A stretch of 64,000 bases of DNA, taken from contig NW_024704742.1 in NCBI RefSeq assembly GCF_018977255.1, positions 132,496,001-132,560,000 of the forward strand, written 5' to 3'. The notes under the pieces are model-generated. The model saw nothing but the letters and a program-made list of their open reading frames with translations, was not told where the DNA came from and ran no database searches. Source of the DNA: Callorhinchus milii (taxonomy: Eukaryota). Positions 25,983-38,455 of the stretch are shown here, in pieces. Made by a program: the position numbers and the translations under genes. How positions within the stretch are numbered: position 1 is the first letter of the stretch; the number at the start of each line of letters is the position of its first letter.

Positions 25983-27590
25983 ACATAGGAACATAGGAAC
26001 AGGAGTAGGCATTCAGTGCTTTGAGCCTGTTCTGCCATTCAATTAGATCATGGCTGATCTGTACCTCAATTAATTCGGTCAATTCTAATTTCCCGCTTTT
26101 TCCCCATATTCCTTAATACCTCAACCTAACAAAAATCTATCTCTTGAATGTGTGAATGGATGCAGCATTCACAGCCTTTTGGGGTAGAGAATTCCAGATT
26201 TCTACCACCCTTTGAGTGAAAAANTGCTTCCTGATTTCACTCTTGGGTTTAATTTGAAGACTATGCCCCCTTGGATTCCCCCACCAGAGGAAATAGCTTC
26301 TCTGTATCTATCCTATTGAATCTTTTTATCATCTTAAATACCTCAATCAAATCACCTCTCAACCTTCTAAACTTAAGGGAATACAATCTGAGGTTATGCA
26401 GCCTTTCCTTCTAACTTAACCCTTTAAGGCCAGGTAACATTCTAGTGAACCTGTGCTGTACTTCCTCCAGGGCCAATATATCTTTCCTGAAGTGTGGTGC
26501 CCAAAACTGAACAGAGACTCCAGATGGGGTCTGACCAACACTGTATACAGCTGAAGCATCATTTCTTCCCCTTGAGATAAAGCACAACATTCCATTTGCC
26601 TTTTTGATTACTTTTTGCACCTGGGAACTAGTTTTTTAGTGATTTCTGGATATGGACACTCAAATCCCTTTGCTCCTTCACAGTTCTTAGTCTCTCCCTA
26701 TTAAGAAAATATTCTGTTTTATCTTTTTTCGATCCATAGTGGATGACCTTGCACTTCCCTACATTGAACTCCATCTGCCACAGCTTTGCCCACTCACTTA
26801 ATCTGTTTAAGTCCCTTTGTAGCTTCCTAATAATAATAATAATCCTTGCATTTGATATAGCGCTCTACACGTCTTCTAGACATCTCAAAGCGCTTCACAG
26901 AATATACTGTAAAGTGAATTGACTGTATATTTGTGGGCGAACGTGGCAGCCAATTGCGCACAGCAATGTCCCACAAACAGTCGTAGATTGAAAATGACCA
27001 ATTTATTATTGTTTTTTTTGTTTTGGAGGGATTACTATTAGGATGTGGAGTAAGGAAACTTGCCCAAGGTTTCGTCCTGCCTGGAATTGAACTCGGGTCT
27101 CTCGCTTGCAAAGCGAGTGCTCTAACCACTGAGCTAAAGGACTACAACTAACTTTCTACTCCCATCTACACAACTCACTGAGCCTCCTAGTTTAGTGTTG
27201 TCTGCAAACCTGAATATAAAACTTTCTATTCCTTCATCTATTTCTATTCAAGTCATTTATATATATGAGATCCCAGTACAGACCCCTGGGGGATACCACA
27301 TGTCACGTTCCGCCAATCAGAGAAAGTTACCTTTATCCCTACTCTCTGTTTCCTGCCTCCCAATCAATTACCAAGCCACGGCACAAGGTTACCTCTGATT
27401 CCATGCTCTTCCATTTTCACTAATAATCTTTTAACCTTATCGAATGCCTTCTGAAAGTCCATATAAACAACATCCACAGACACACTCTTATCTACCATTT
27501 TAGTGACCTACTCAAAAAATTCAACTAGGTTAGTCAGACATGACCTACCCTTCACAAATGCATGCTGACTCTCTTTGACTAGCTCATACC
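25983..27590 (-). mobile_element. CR1-clade LINE 3' portion, interrupted by a SINE at 26828-27143
   Basis: Reverse strand: [58 protein letters not shown]; (CATAGGAA) tail repeats at 25984. Confidence 0.9.
26828..27143 (-). mobile_element. tRNA-Ala SINE short variant inserted in CR1
   Basis: Full length; imperfect 10-bp TSD tagcttccta / taactttcta. Confidence 0.9.
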
Positions 27591-27606
27591 TGTATAACCA
27601 GGCTAC

Positions 27607-28046
27607 AACAACAACAACAAGATTCCATTTATAGAGCGCCTTTCACATCGGGAGGACGTCCCAAGGCGCTGTACAGTTGGGTCAGGACCCGAGCAGGGGG
27701 GAAATGGTCAGGGTGAGGGGAGGGAAGGGAGGGGGTGAGGAGGGGGTAGAGAGTTGAGAGGGGAGCTGAAGGCACGGTCAAAGAGAAAGGTCTTGAGACC
27801 CGCCTTGAAGGAGGAAAGGGAGGAGGCGGCGAAGCCACTGGGGGATAGAGTTCCAGAGCCTAGGGGCTGAAGGCCCGGCCACCGATGGTAGGGCGGTTGG
27901 GGTGGGGATGTGGAGCAGACCGGAGCCAGAGGAACGGAGGGTACGGGCAGGTAAGTAGGGGGATAGTAGGTCAGAGAGGTAGGAGGGAGCAAGGCCTTGA
28001 ATGGCCTTGTAGGCGAGGATGAGGATCTTGAATTCGATCCTCTGGG
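27607..28046 (-). mobile_element. L2 LINE 3' fragment, same young subfamily
   Basis: Reverse complement of the 53270-53749 region; [14 protein letters not shown]; (CAA)n on the + strand. Confidence 0.92.
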
Positions 28047-28609
28047 CTACTTCATAAAGAGCTAAGAAATACATTGATAAGAATTGTTGTGAATTTTATC
28101 TTGTTTACATTATATACATTATTACACGGTATTTTTATTTAAATAGTATGAAGGTATATAAAAGAGAAGAACATTTCCCCCAAATACCATTCTCCTTTAT
28201 ATTGTTACAGGGCATATATTTAATGAAGATCAATAAAAGCTCAGTTTTTCCTAGAATGCAGTTAACTTATCAAGTTCTTCCTTGCAATTGAGAAGTAGAA
28301 ACAACAGGTCTTAAGATGCTGTACAACTGGATTTTTGTTAGCACCTGCTGTTTATAAGCACCAGCCGATGCTTATTTTCTCTATATTGCCATACAACCGC
28401 TAAGGCTTGCATTTGAGCATTCAGTTGAGCATTCAAAGTAAGGTTTTATTTATGTTTTGCAGTTTATTAAAATTTGTAGGTGTGAATATAGCAAAATTAA
28501 TACAATATTTCCTGGAATAACATGTTGGTGTTTTGTTAGCCGAGCAAAGGTATTTTGGCATCAATGTTGACTGAGTCATTCTTTCTGGTTTGATAAAGAT
28601 TGGCTATTT

Positions 28610-29390
28610 CCTTGAAGCTGAATGTGGACAAGACGGAAGCCATATTCCTTGGCTCCCGTCAACGTATTCACTCCTGCAGATCTGAACTCCTCAACCTCTC
28701 TGGGTTCTAACTCAGACTCACCGAACGAACCAGTGCGCAATCTAGGCGTCCGGTTTGACTCCCCGCTGTCCTTCATTCCCCACATCCGGTCCCTGAGCAG
28801 GACCGCTTTCCTCCACCTCCACCACATTGCCTGCCTCCAACCATATCTTACCCCAAATGTAGCCGAAACTCTGGTGTGTGTCACCTCCCGCCTGGATTAC
28901 TCAAATACACTTCTCGCCGGGCTCTCCAGCTCCACTATTCAAAAAATCCATCTTATTCAGAACTCTGCTGCCTGCATACTGACCTGGACTAAACTCTGTA
29001 CCCCCATCTCACCAGTTCTGGCCCAGGCTCCACTGGCTCCCCATCACCGAACAGATCGACTTCAAGATCCTCATACTCATGTTCAAATCCATTCACTCCC
29101 TGGCATCTCTCCGATCTCCTCACTCCCCAATCCACCATCCGGCGCCTCCGCTCAACTGGCACTGGCCTCCTTCTTGTCATTCGCACCCTCCGCCCCACCA
29201 TTGGAGGTTACGCTTTCAGCCACTATGCCCCGAAACTCTGGAACACTCTCCCTCAATCTCCGCCTTGTCCCCCCCTCTCCCCTCTTTCAAGTCCTGCCTG
29301 AAAGCCTTACTTTTTGACGGTGCTTACGGTCACCTCCCCTCAACCCTCATCCGGCTCAGAGTCAGGCTCCTCAGGCTCCTTGTTGTTGTT
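28610..29390 (+). mobile_element. L2 LINE 3' fragment
   Basis: ORF 28622-29317: VRNLGVRFDSPLSF, TSRLDYSN, IQNSAA. Confidence 0.9.
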
Positions 29391-31756
29391 GAAGAGAAGG
29401 ATTGGTTTTCTCCTTGCCAGCCTGGCTCAGTTGGCAGTGCTCTCATCTCTGCGTTAGAAGGTTAAGTTTCAAGCCTCACCTTTGGATATTCATCCCAAAG
29501 GTTTGGCTGACATTCCAGTGCAGTGTTGGGGGAACACTGCATTATCAGAGATATATTCAATAATATGTTAAGCAGAAAGTGAATATCCCCAACCTCAGAT
29601 TGCTGACCTTACCTTTATCATTAGGTTAGAGCACAGACCTTATCTGAGTAGGGAATGGTAAATGACCTAGAGGAGGAGACCGAAAAGAAGAGAAAAAGAA
29701 AGTAATCCAATTTGAAAAATAAAAATGTCCGAAAAGTACATTTAGCGTTCACCTGGTGGGTGTGGACTGGTGAAAAGTATATCAGTTTATTTATCACCTT
29801 TCACTTCTTTGGGGCTTCCTGTGACCATAAACTGAAATGCTAATCAGTGACAGATGAAAGACTTTTCCTATCAACTTAATTTGGAAGCTATAAACAAAAT
29901 TAGTTATTCCACGTTTTGATTGTGAGTATCAATAAAGCAGAGTTTGACAGGTTTATAACAGGAAGCTTTACATTTCACAACAGATGCCTTTGCCTCAAAA
30001 TCTTTCATAGTTTGACAGAAATGAGCACAAAAGGTACAGAAATAGAAAAAGTTCATTTGGACCATCAATTCCATTCTGTGTAATGACTCACATGTTAATA
30101 CTGCCCTTGATCTACCTAATTGATTGTCTCCCAGTGGAATCAATGTGGAACCAGGTAAGACAGCCAAGAAAAGAAAATTTGATTTTCTCTGATGTTCCCT
30201 CCCAAAGACATTGCTGTTGATTTTTTTTCCCCATCCTTAACCATCATTCCACTCTGAATCTCACCTGTATTATTTTTTAAAAAGAGATCTGTATTCTAGA
30301 TGAACATGTGTAAAGGTTTGAGCACCCTTGGAGTCTATTTTAGTATTTCATTTTGTCATGGTCAAAACTCTCTTATGCATACTATTAACCCTTGTATTTT
30401 TTTCAAATCTAATTCCAATTCTGCCCGAATAAATCTGTATTGTCTTAGTTTATTTACTTGAAAAAGAAAAAACTTCTTTATTGATGGATTTTTCAAAATG
30501 TTGCAAATCATGCAAATCAACAAGTGTATTAGGATGTATTAGGATGTGATAGGAATAAAATGTGCTTTGAACTAAAGATTAGTAGTTTTAGCGTTCAGTC
30601 GCTGTGATTCTACAAAGTTGCTTTGAGGGACAATGACATTTCCTATACACTTTTTTATCTAATTATAGAGAGTTACATATAGTGGATATGGCATGGAAAT
30701 AGGCCATTCATCCCAACCAGTGTTTATACTCCACACAAGCCCCCACCTCTCCTATTTTACTCTTCTGTAACGGGGGTCCCTAAATTAGAATAAATAACTT
30801 GGTGAATGACATACAGTTAGTATAATGTAAGGCAAATTTCCTATGTCATTTACCTTTTGTAGGTGATACACAACAGATTTCCTGTGAATATTTTCTTGAA
30901 GTGGCATGCTAACGACAGTACAAGAGAGTGATATGGGGTAGCAATCCTGGGGTGCAAGCAAATGTATAACAAGGGGACATTGTTTATAGCCTCCAAATTA
31001 AGAGTCAACCTCAACAAAAACCATGCATCCAATTGAATTAATTTACACAGAGTGGTCAATATGTGGGATAGGAAGGTGATGGAGACGTATTATGTCACAA
31101 ATTCAAGAGGGAATTAAATAGTTCTTTGGCAATTAAATCGTTTGTGGGGTATGAGAAATAGAATAATGTAGAATTATTCATTATTTCTTCACTTTGAGGC
31201 AGGCTGCATATCCCACATTGGCCTAGTCTGTATGCTCATGTGTTCAAATGTGAGGTCGTAAGACACTTGGGAAATAAGTTGCTGATGAATTATTTTAATA
31301 TTCCTGTTGTACTTGATAACTTTATAGAATCAGAGAAATTTACAGGGCAGAAGAAGGCTATTTGGCCCATTGAGTCTGCACTGGCTGTCAGAGCAAGGTG
31401 TTCATTCAATTCCACTGACCCGTCTTATCCCCAAACCTCTTCAAGCTTCTGTTTTGCCTCTTTGAACCCACAATGGACTCTGCTTCCACCATCTCACAGG
31501 GCTTTCTACACCCCAAAAAACTCTCTGAGTCTTAAAAAAAATCTCCTAAAATCTCCTTTTTGCTCTTCTTGTGACAATCTTATAACTATGTTCCCCTAGT
31601 CACTGACCTCCCAGCAGTGGACTTCATTTCATCCTTTTTGAGGGGAAATTGCACTGAGCATTACACACATCGTCTTAGTTGGTATCAGCCACTAATGGGC
31701 TGTCCCATTACAATGGCTCATCAGCCAATGTGTTGTCCATAACGCTCACAGAATTT

Positions 31757-32648
31757 TTGACGAGAGATAACTTTCTCCAGCTCAACGTGTGCAAAACTGA
31801 GGCCCTCCTGATTGGCTCGCATCAGCGCCTCTGCACCTCAGGCGCTGACAGCATCAGCATCCAAGGCTGCACTCTCCACCTCTCAAAGCCGTCAGGAACC
31901 TCGGGGTTCTGTTCAACCCTGAGCTGTCCTTTCTCCCTCATATCCGCGCCACAACTGGCACTACCTTCCACCTCCGGAACATCGCCAGACTACGGCACTA
32001 CCTCACCCCTCACGCTGCTGAAACTCTGGTCCACGCCTTTATCACCTCAAGGCTGGACTATGGGAACTCTCTCCTCGCCGGCCTTCCCGGCACCTCCCTC
32101 CACAAGCTGCAGGTCATTCAGAACTCTGCAGCTTGTGTACTGTCCCGCACCAGGCTTCACAACACATCACTCCCACCCTCGCTCGCCTCCACTGGCTCCC
32201 CATCCCCCAGAGGATCGAATTCAAGATCCTCACCCTCACCTACAAGGCCATTCACGGCCTCGCTCCCTCCGACCTACTATCCCCCTACCTACCCGCCCGT
32301 ACCCTCCGTTCCTCTGGCTCCGGTCTGCTCCACATCCCCCGCCCCAACCGCCCTACTATCGGTGGCCGGGCCTTCAGCCTCTCAGCCCCGAGGCTCTGGA
32401 ATTCTATCCCCCAGTGCCTTCGCCGCCTCCTCCCTTTCCTCCTTCAAGGCCGGTCTCAAGACCTTTCTCTTTGACCGTTCCTTCAGCTCCCCTCTCGACT
32501 CTCTACCCCCTCCTCGCTCCCTCCCTTCCTCCCCTCACCCTGACCATTTCCCCCCAATGCTCGGGTCCTGACCCAACTGTACAGCGCCTTGGGATGTCCT
32601 CCCGACATGAAAGGCGCTCAATAAATTGAATCTTGTTGTTGTTGTTGT
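31757..32648 (+). mobile_element. L2 LINE 3' fragment, same young subfamily as 51815-53749
   Basis: Near-identical to 52815-53749; LQLNxxKTE, SRLDYGN, LHWLPI motifs; (TTG)n tail. Confidence 0.93.
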
Positions 32649-32749
32649 CTATTTAAACTGTTGTAACATACCTCCTCTCCAGAATATGCATGATCCTACA
32701 AAGAATGCTAAGCACTCGCTCAGTAATATAATATTTTTCCATTGTCTAG

Positions 32750-32898
32750 TGCTCTAAAGCGTATTCAAGCCACTATCTGGATACTTTTGAGGCTCATCAC
32801 ATGGCAGTGGATGCTGTGAGGTGGAATCCGTTTCATCCACAGATTTTCATTTCGTGCAGCTCAGATTGGACAGTGAAGATATGGGATCATAATATAAA
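32750..32898 (+). CDS. DNAI1: DNAI1 coding exon (equiv. exon 17), 149 nt, [49 protein letters not shown](K)
   Basis: tgtctag / gtaagt; canonical WD40 [12 protein letters not shown]; phase 0/2. Confidence 0.97.
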
Positions 32899-32929
32899 GT
32901 AAGTAAAATAAAAAAAAGTGTCCTCAATA

Positions 32930-33333
32930 CTGACTCACTGTGGGGTAAGTCAGAAGGTTGTGCATTCAAGACCCATATCGGGATTTGACTCACATTATTG
33001 AAGCTGACACTGCAATGCAGTCCTGGAGGGTGTTGCATTGTCAGAGGTGCCGTCCTTCAGATAAGACATTCACGCAGGTTCCTGTCTGTTTAGGTGAACG
33101 TTAAAGATCCCTATTCAAAAAGACAAGGGAGTTTCTCCCGAGGTCCAAGCCGACAATTCCCCAAATGAAATTGGTCACTCACTGCATGGCTGTTTGTGGG
33201 ACATTGCTGGTCGCAATTAGCTGCCACGTTTACCTGCAAATACACATTCACTCCAGAGTAAAATCTTTAGAAGCACTTTGGTATGTCCTCCTGACATCAA
33301 AGGCGCTATGCAAAATGCAAGGATTATTATTAT
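32930..33333 (+). mobile_element. Deu-domain SINE
   Basis: Same architecture as 19655-20070. Confidence 0.75.
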
Positions 33334-33382
33334 ATTGTCACAGAAATATCATCCCAATGATTTAATGCAGACCCACTGCTGG

Positions 33383-33488
33383 GGGTGGTAAATTAATGAA
33401 GGAGGTAAATCTGCTGGAGCTGATGTCTACTGCAGGTGGTACATCTATTGAAGATAGTAAATCTGTTGGAGATGGTATATCCACAGCA
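33383..33488 (+). repeat. Degenerate 18-bp tandem repeat, about 6 units
   Basis: GGAGGTAAATCTGCTGGA / GGTGGTACATCTATTGAA / GATAGTAAATCTGTTGGA / GATGGTATATCCACAGCA. Confidence 0.6.
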
Positions 33489-33608
33489 TATGGTCCATAA
33501 TCAGAAATATTTTGAGCAGTTTGTTGTAAGAACTGAACCTACTCAAAATATCCCAAAGTTAAACTGTGGAGTTGTGAATAATACCCATTATGTATATTCT
33601 TCTTTGAG

Positions 33609-33708
33609 GACTCCATTGTTCATCTTTGATCTTCATTCGGCTGTTGGAGATGTTGCCTGGGCCCCATACTCTTCTACTGTTTTTGCTGCAGTTACATCCG
33701 ATGGCAAG
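33609..33708 (+). CDS. DNAI1: DNAI1 coding exon (equiv. exon 18), 100 nt, (K)[33 protein letters not shown]
   Basis: tctttgag (GAG acceptor) / gtaaaa; [18 protein letters not shown] identical to human; phase 2/0. Confidence 0.95.
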
Positions 33709-34559
33709 GTAAAAAAATACCACTGACCAGGGCATTGGTTGCAGCTTGTGAATACCGCACCATACTTGTTTCCTTCTGTGTAAATTTTCTATTCGTAATA
33801 CCTTCAATTTTATCAACACCTTAAGTTAGAACGATTATGGCTCAAATTGTTTTTAAAAGAAATGGAGTTTTACTTTTAAAATTGTTAGAGTTTCTTCCAG
33901 CGTTTTTGGCAAACAATCTGGATAAGAATTTGTTCATTCATCATGGCTGTTTGAAGGACATTGCTGTGCACCAACTAGCTGCCATTTTAGCGTACAAAAT
34001 AGTCACTGCAATTTATAAAATATCCTGTGAAACGCTTGAGTCTCGATAACGTGATCAGGCACTCTACCAAATGTTATTAACAACAACACCTTGTATTTAT
34101 AATAATATACACGTAATGGTTGGTTGGTTTATTCGTGCAGCATTAAACCTAGGTGGATGTTAAAAGATCCCATGGCACTGCTCAGATAGAGAAGAAGGTT
34201 TCTCTCTCCCGGTGTCCTGGCCGACTCATCCCCCAAATAAAATTGGTCATTCACGGCTGTTTGTTGGACGTGGAGTCCTGTAGCTCAGTGGTTAGAGCAC
34301 TCGCCTTGTAAGCAGAACAACTGGATTCAAATCCAGGCAGGACGAAACCTTGGGCCTTACTCCACACGCCTAATAATAATCCCTCCAAAATAAAACAATG
34401 ATAAATTGGTCATTTTCAATCCACGACTGTTTGTGGATACAGCTGTGTGCAATTGGTTTTGCACACAAATATACGTCTCAAAGCGCTTCACAGAATAGAC
34501 TGTAAAGTGAATTAGCCATATATTTGTGGGCGAAACGCCCATAAATATAGCGCCCGTTA

Positions 34560-35105
34560 TGCAGGGTGGCAGATCAGTATGCTTGACAGTGGCAGAGCAT
34601 GATGTCGAACTGGGGGGAGGGGGAAGGGGATCATAGGCACGGGCGAAGTGGAAGGTCTTCAGTCACGATCTGAAGATGGGAAAGGAGGGGGTAAGATGGA
34701 GGGTTTGATGAGAGTGTTCCAGAATTTCGAGGCGTAGTGGCGAGTACACCCACCGATGGTATAACGGAGGGTACGAGGGAGAAGCAAGAGGCTGGAGTCA
34801 GTCGAACGGCAGCAACAGGTAGTAGGCTTGGGGAGTAAGCAGATTGGAGAGGTATAGCAGTGCCAAAGCATGAAGTGATTTGAAGCCAAATGTGAGGATC
34901 TTGAAATCAATCTGTTCGATGATAGAGAGTCAGTGGAGCCTGGCAAGAACTGGTGTGATCAGGGTGCAGAGATTAATGGGGGTATGCACATGGGGAAGTT
35001 GTGGATTAACTGGATTTTGTGATTAGTGGAGCTTGGGAGACTGGCGAAGAGGTCATTTGAGTAGTTGAGGTAGGAGGTGATGAAGGCATGGACGAGGGTT
35101 TCTGG
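34560..35105 (-). mobile_element. Degenerate L2 LINE fragment
   Basis: Reverse strand [13 protein letters not shown] / RIDFKIL-like sequence. Confidence 0.8.
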
Positions 35106-35892
35106 ACCATTATTATGAAGTCATGTATGATGCAAAAATGTTGTGTTTCCAAGAATTGTTGTGGTAAGTAACACACGTTTAAACTAGAGGAGTCCTAAAT
35201 CACAATTCCAGCTTTTGAAGCGAGGGAATATACACATAATTGTATTTGCTTGCGATGTTGCCCTAAATTCATGATGGTGTGTATATTTTTGTGGCTAATT
35301 GGTTGTAAACTACTTTGTCAACAAGGTTCAGTTTTCTAATGTCTATTTGGTAGACAACCACTCATGAAAGCGCTATATAAATGCAAGTTGTTTAAATGCA
35401 ATTCTTAACACCAAAGCACCATGGGTCATCCCCCCAACATGAAAAGCGCTATACAAATGTAATGTTGTTGTTAAACATTACATTTCAATATTTCTCTTGG
35501 TATATTCATTTCCTCAGGTTCCAATGCATAAAAACGGAATGAAGGTACATCTTGTGTCAGACAGATTCAGTTGGTTGCACTCTCACTTCTGAGTCTAATA
35601 GTTGTGGGTTCAAGCCCTGTGCTGGGACTTGGAGCTCATATTGTGTAGGCTGACACTCCAATTCAGTACTGAGCTTATGATTGCTTTCCACTCAGAAAAC
35701 ATTTACCCTGTTTAATTGCACAAGTATGGACTCATAAATGGAGAGGTTCATATTACTTTATGTAGACTTCCTACAGGCAATCTTTGTGACTCACTAACTG
35801 CACAATGTAAAGGTCCAACTGAATTCATTTGGTTAAACAATATTCCAACACAGTGACTTTAGTATTAATAGCAATAAAGTTTATTTTTTTAA

Positions 35893-36716
35893 AAAGAACA
35901 AGATCTAGATGTGAACCAAAGCTATAACTAGTTGACTAACTGAGATCTAGAAGTCGAAACAGAAGTTGTCACAGTATCAGCACAAAACCAATCTATTACT
36001 ATTCCTTATTATGAAAATAAGACCTTAAAGAGAAACATTGATCGAAAATGCCAAATACGTCATCAAGCACCAGAAGCAGTAGACCACATATGGTCATCAT
36101 GTTCAGCCCTAGCACACTCAGAGAATCTGATTCTACATAACAATGTAGCTAAATATATTCACTGGACAATTTGTAAACACTTTGATGTTGATGTAAAGAC
36201 TAACTGGTGTGAACATAACCAGCAAAAGTGACTTCGAAAAATAACATTACAATAATCTGGAGATCACAAGTACATACAGATAGAACAGTAATCTGCAACT
36301 AACCAGATATTATCCTAAAGAACCAAATAGATTGTACATGTAGAATTGTTGATCTGGCTATCCCAAGTGATTACAACGTAAGAAATAAGGAACTAGGGAA
36401 GGAAATATATTGATCTACAAATTGAATGTGAACGGATGTGGCAGTATAAAATAAACATAGTCTCTATAATCATTGCTGCAACTGGAACTGTTAATAAGAC
36501 TGTTTAGAAATGGCTTGACAAAATATCTGGTGAACAAAATATCAACCTCCTTCAAAAAGTAGCTATTTTAGCAAATTCAAACCTACTAAGAAAAGTAACA
36601 TCCATTCATATGTAACGGGGCAGTGTTATTGGTCTAGCTGACCCATCACTGAAAACCACTTAGAAATTACCTCCATAGAGTGATGATTTAAGCTGTAATA
36701 ACATCATAATAAAAAT
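35893..36716 (+). mobile_element. R4/Dong/Rex6-clade non-LTR retrotransposon relic (zinc knuckle plus restriction-like endonuclease)
   Basis: Manual translation across stops and frameshifts: ETE..SAQNQ..KCQI..EAVDHIWSSC..HNNVAKYIHW..TDRT..PDIILK..IVDLAIPSD..DLQIECERMW..IIIAATG..LQKVAIL..LLRKV; short 3' UTR then TAA-rich tract. Confidence 0.85.
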
Positions 36717-37299
36717 AATCCTTACAATTTATATAGCACCTTTCATGTTGGGAGAATGGATCAAAGCACTTCACAGGATAAACTGTAAAGTGTAATGAAT
36801 GTACTTTGTAAGTAAATTCGTCAGTCATTCAGCACACAGCAGCGTCCCACAAAGAGCCATGAAGTGTATGACCAATTGAACAATGTATCCCTCAAAAGCA
36901 AAATGAGAACAAAATGAATATGACTCAGGTTAGAAGAGCGAAGCAAAGGGATGGAACAAAGTGCAAATAAAATTTAGTTATCGTGCACCTTATAGACTTA
37001 TTTGAAATAAATAGTGTTCCCAAAGCCCAAAGGATATAAAGATTATTACTTACCCGGGTGACAAAGCTCCATTCTCAAACACTTTCTCCAAGGATAATTA
37101 ATAGAGTCTAAAACCCAATTGCCTGAGAATAAATTTAGAAATCATCTGTAATCATGATATCAGTAATTTAGTACCACAACAATGGCATCTACCACATACT
37201 GTTCTATAACTCAAGTAAACCTTGTCATTCGTCCTTATAATGGGATTTCTCGGAGAAGTACATTTGCTAACTTCCCATTCATTTATCTTGAGTGGGGAG

Positions 37300-37900
37300 G
37301 GGAGAGGGGAGGTAAGCGGGGTCTCCTTGGAGCTGAACTGTTTCCAAGGTGACATGTTTCGCAATGTCAGAATCGAGCCAACCCTCTGTTGCAGTCTTAG
37401 TAATGGTCTGGTCCTGAGCCTGGGATGGGGTGCAGTATTCCAGGGCACTGCTGCTGATAGCACAGCCAGCCTGACTCATCGTCAGAACTTGGAAGGGCAG
37501 GACAGACACTGGAGTAGGGACTTTTCCCATTCCGCTCCTGTTAACCCTGCAAGCCAAAGCCTTAACTGGTAGTGGTGGTCCTAGCTGGACAAGTAACAAG
37601 AAAGCTTGCTAGACTGTACTTTCAATGGCAAGCTATACTTTTTTAGTTGGATAGACTCCAGCAGTACCCTAACGCACACTATGGGGTCCCCAAGCCTTGG
37701 CTCTTACCAACCTATGCGGAATACTCTTCTGAATTAGGTAAGCAGGGTATCTCCCTTAAAGGAGAGAGTGCACATTCCATTACAATAAATATCTCTGGAA
37801 TTTCCATGTGTAGGTGGGATGCATTGACTTCTCAGTTTGATTTGGATACTCTTAAGCATGGTGATGAGTTCCCGCATGTGTCGGGGCCCGGCTGGCCCCA
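37300..37900 (-). mobile_element. Putative Tx1/L1-like relic (copy 2 of 3)
   Basis: Shares blocks such as AATGTCAGAATCGA, GCTCCTGTTAACCCTGCAA, AGTGCACATTCCATT, TCTTAAGCATGGTGAT with copy 1. Confidence 0.5.
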
Positions 37901-38029
37901 CAAAAAATTGCTAGCATATTGTAAACAGCACTTATTAGAACCTTTAAGGGCATCAGTCAGAACCTAGATACATTACAGTAGATTTTTCAACTATTAACAA
38001 CAAATGACATATGTTGACAAGTGACATAA

Positions 38030-38455
38030 ATAGCCTGTCTCAGTTGGTAGCATTCTCGAGTCTGAATCAGAAGTTGTGAGTTCAAGCCGCATAGCGGGAC
38101 TTCATTTTCTAGGCTGACACTCCAGTGCAGTTCAGGGAAACACTCCCTTGTTGAATTTGGCATCCTGTGGGTAGGATGTTATATTTAGGTACCATCTGAC
38201 TGTTCAGGTGGATGTTAAAGAACCCATGCCACTATTCGAAAAGAGGGGGGAATTTCTCCCAATGTCCTGGTCAACAATCCCCCAAATAAAATTGGTCATT
38301 CACTTCAAGCCTGTTTATGAGACACTGCACAGATTGGCTGTTACATTTGCCTTTGAATACCCAATCATTACACTTTACAGTAAAGCATTTGTGAAGCATT
38401 TTGAGATATTGCAATAATATTATAAGACTATTAAATGCAGGGATTATTATTATGT
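38030..38455 (+). mobile_element. Deu-domain SINE
   Basis: Same architecture; GGATGTTAAAGAACCCATG core. Confidence 0.75.

Noticed and set aside
37647..37900. Plus-frame peptide (YPNAH..WLLPTY..WDALTSQFDLDTLKHGDEF) faintly resembling parvovirus capsid motifs, i.e. a possible endogenous virus
   Set aside because: All three copies have a stop just upstream in this frame, motif spacing does not fit, and three copies in 64 kb suit a LINE relic better. An HMM search would settle it.
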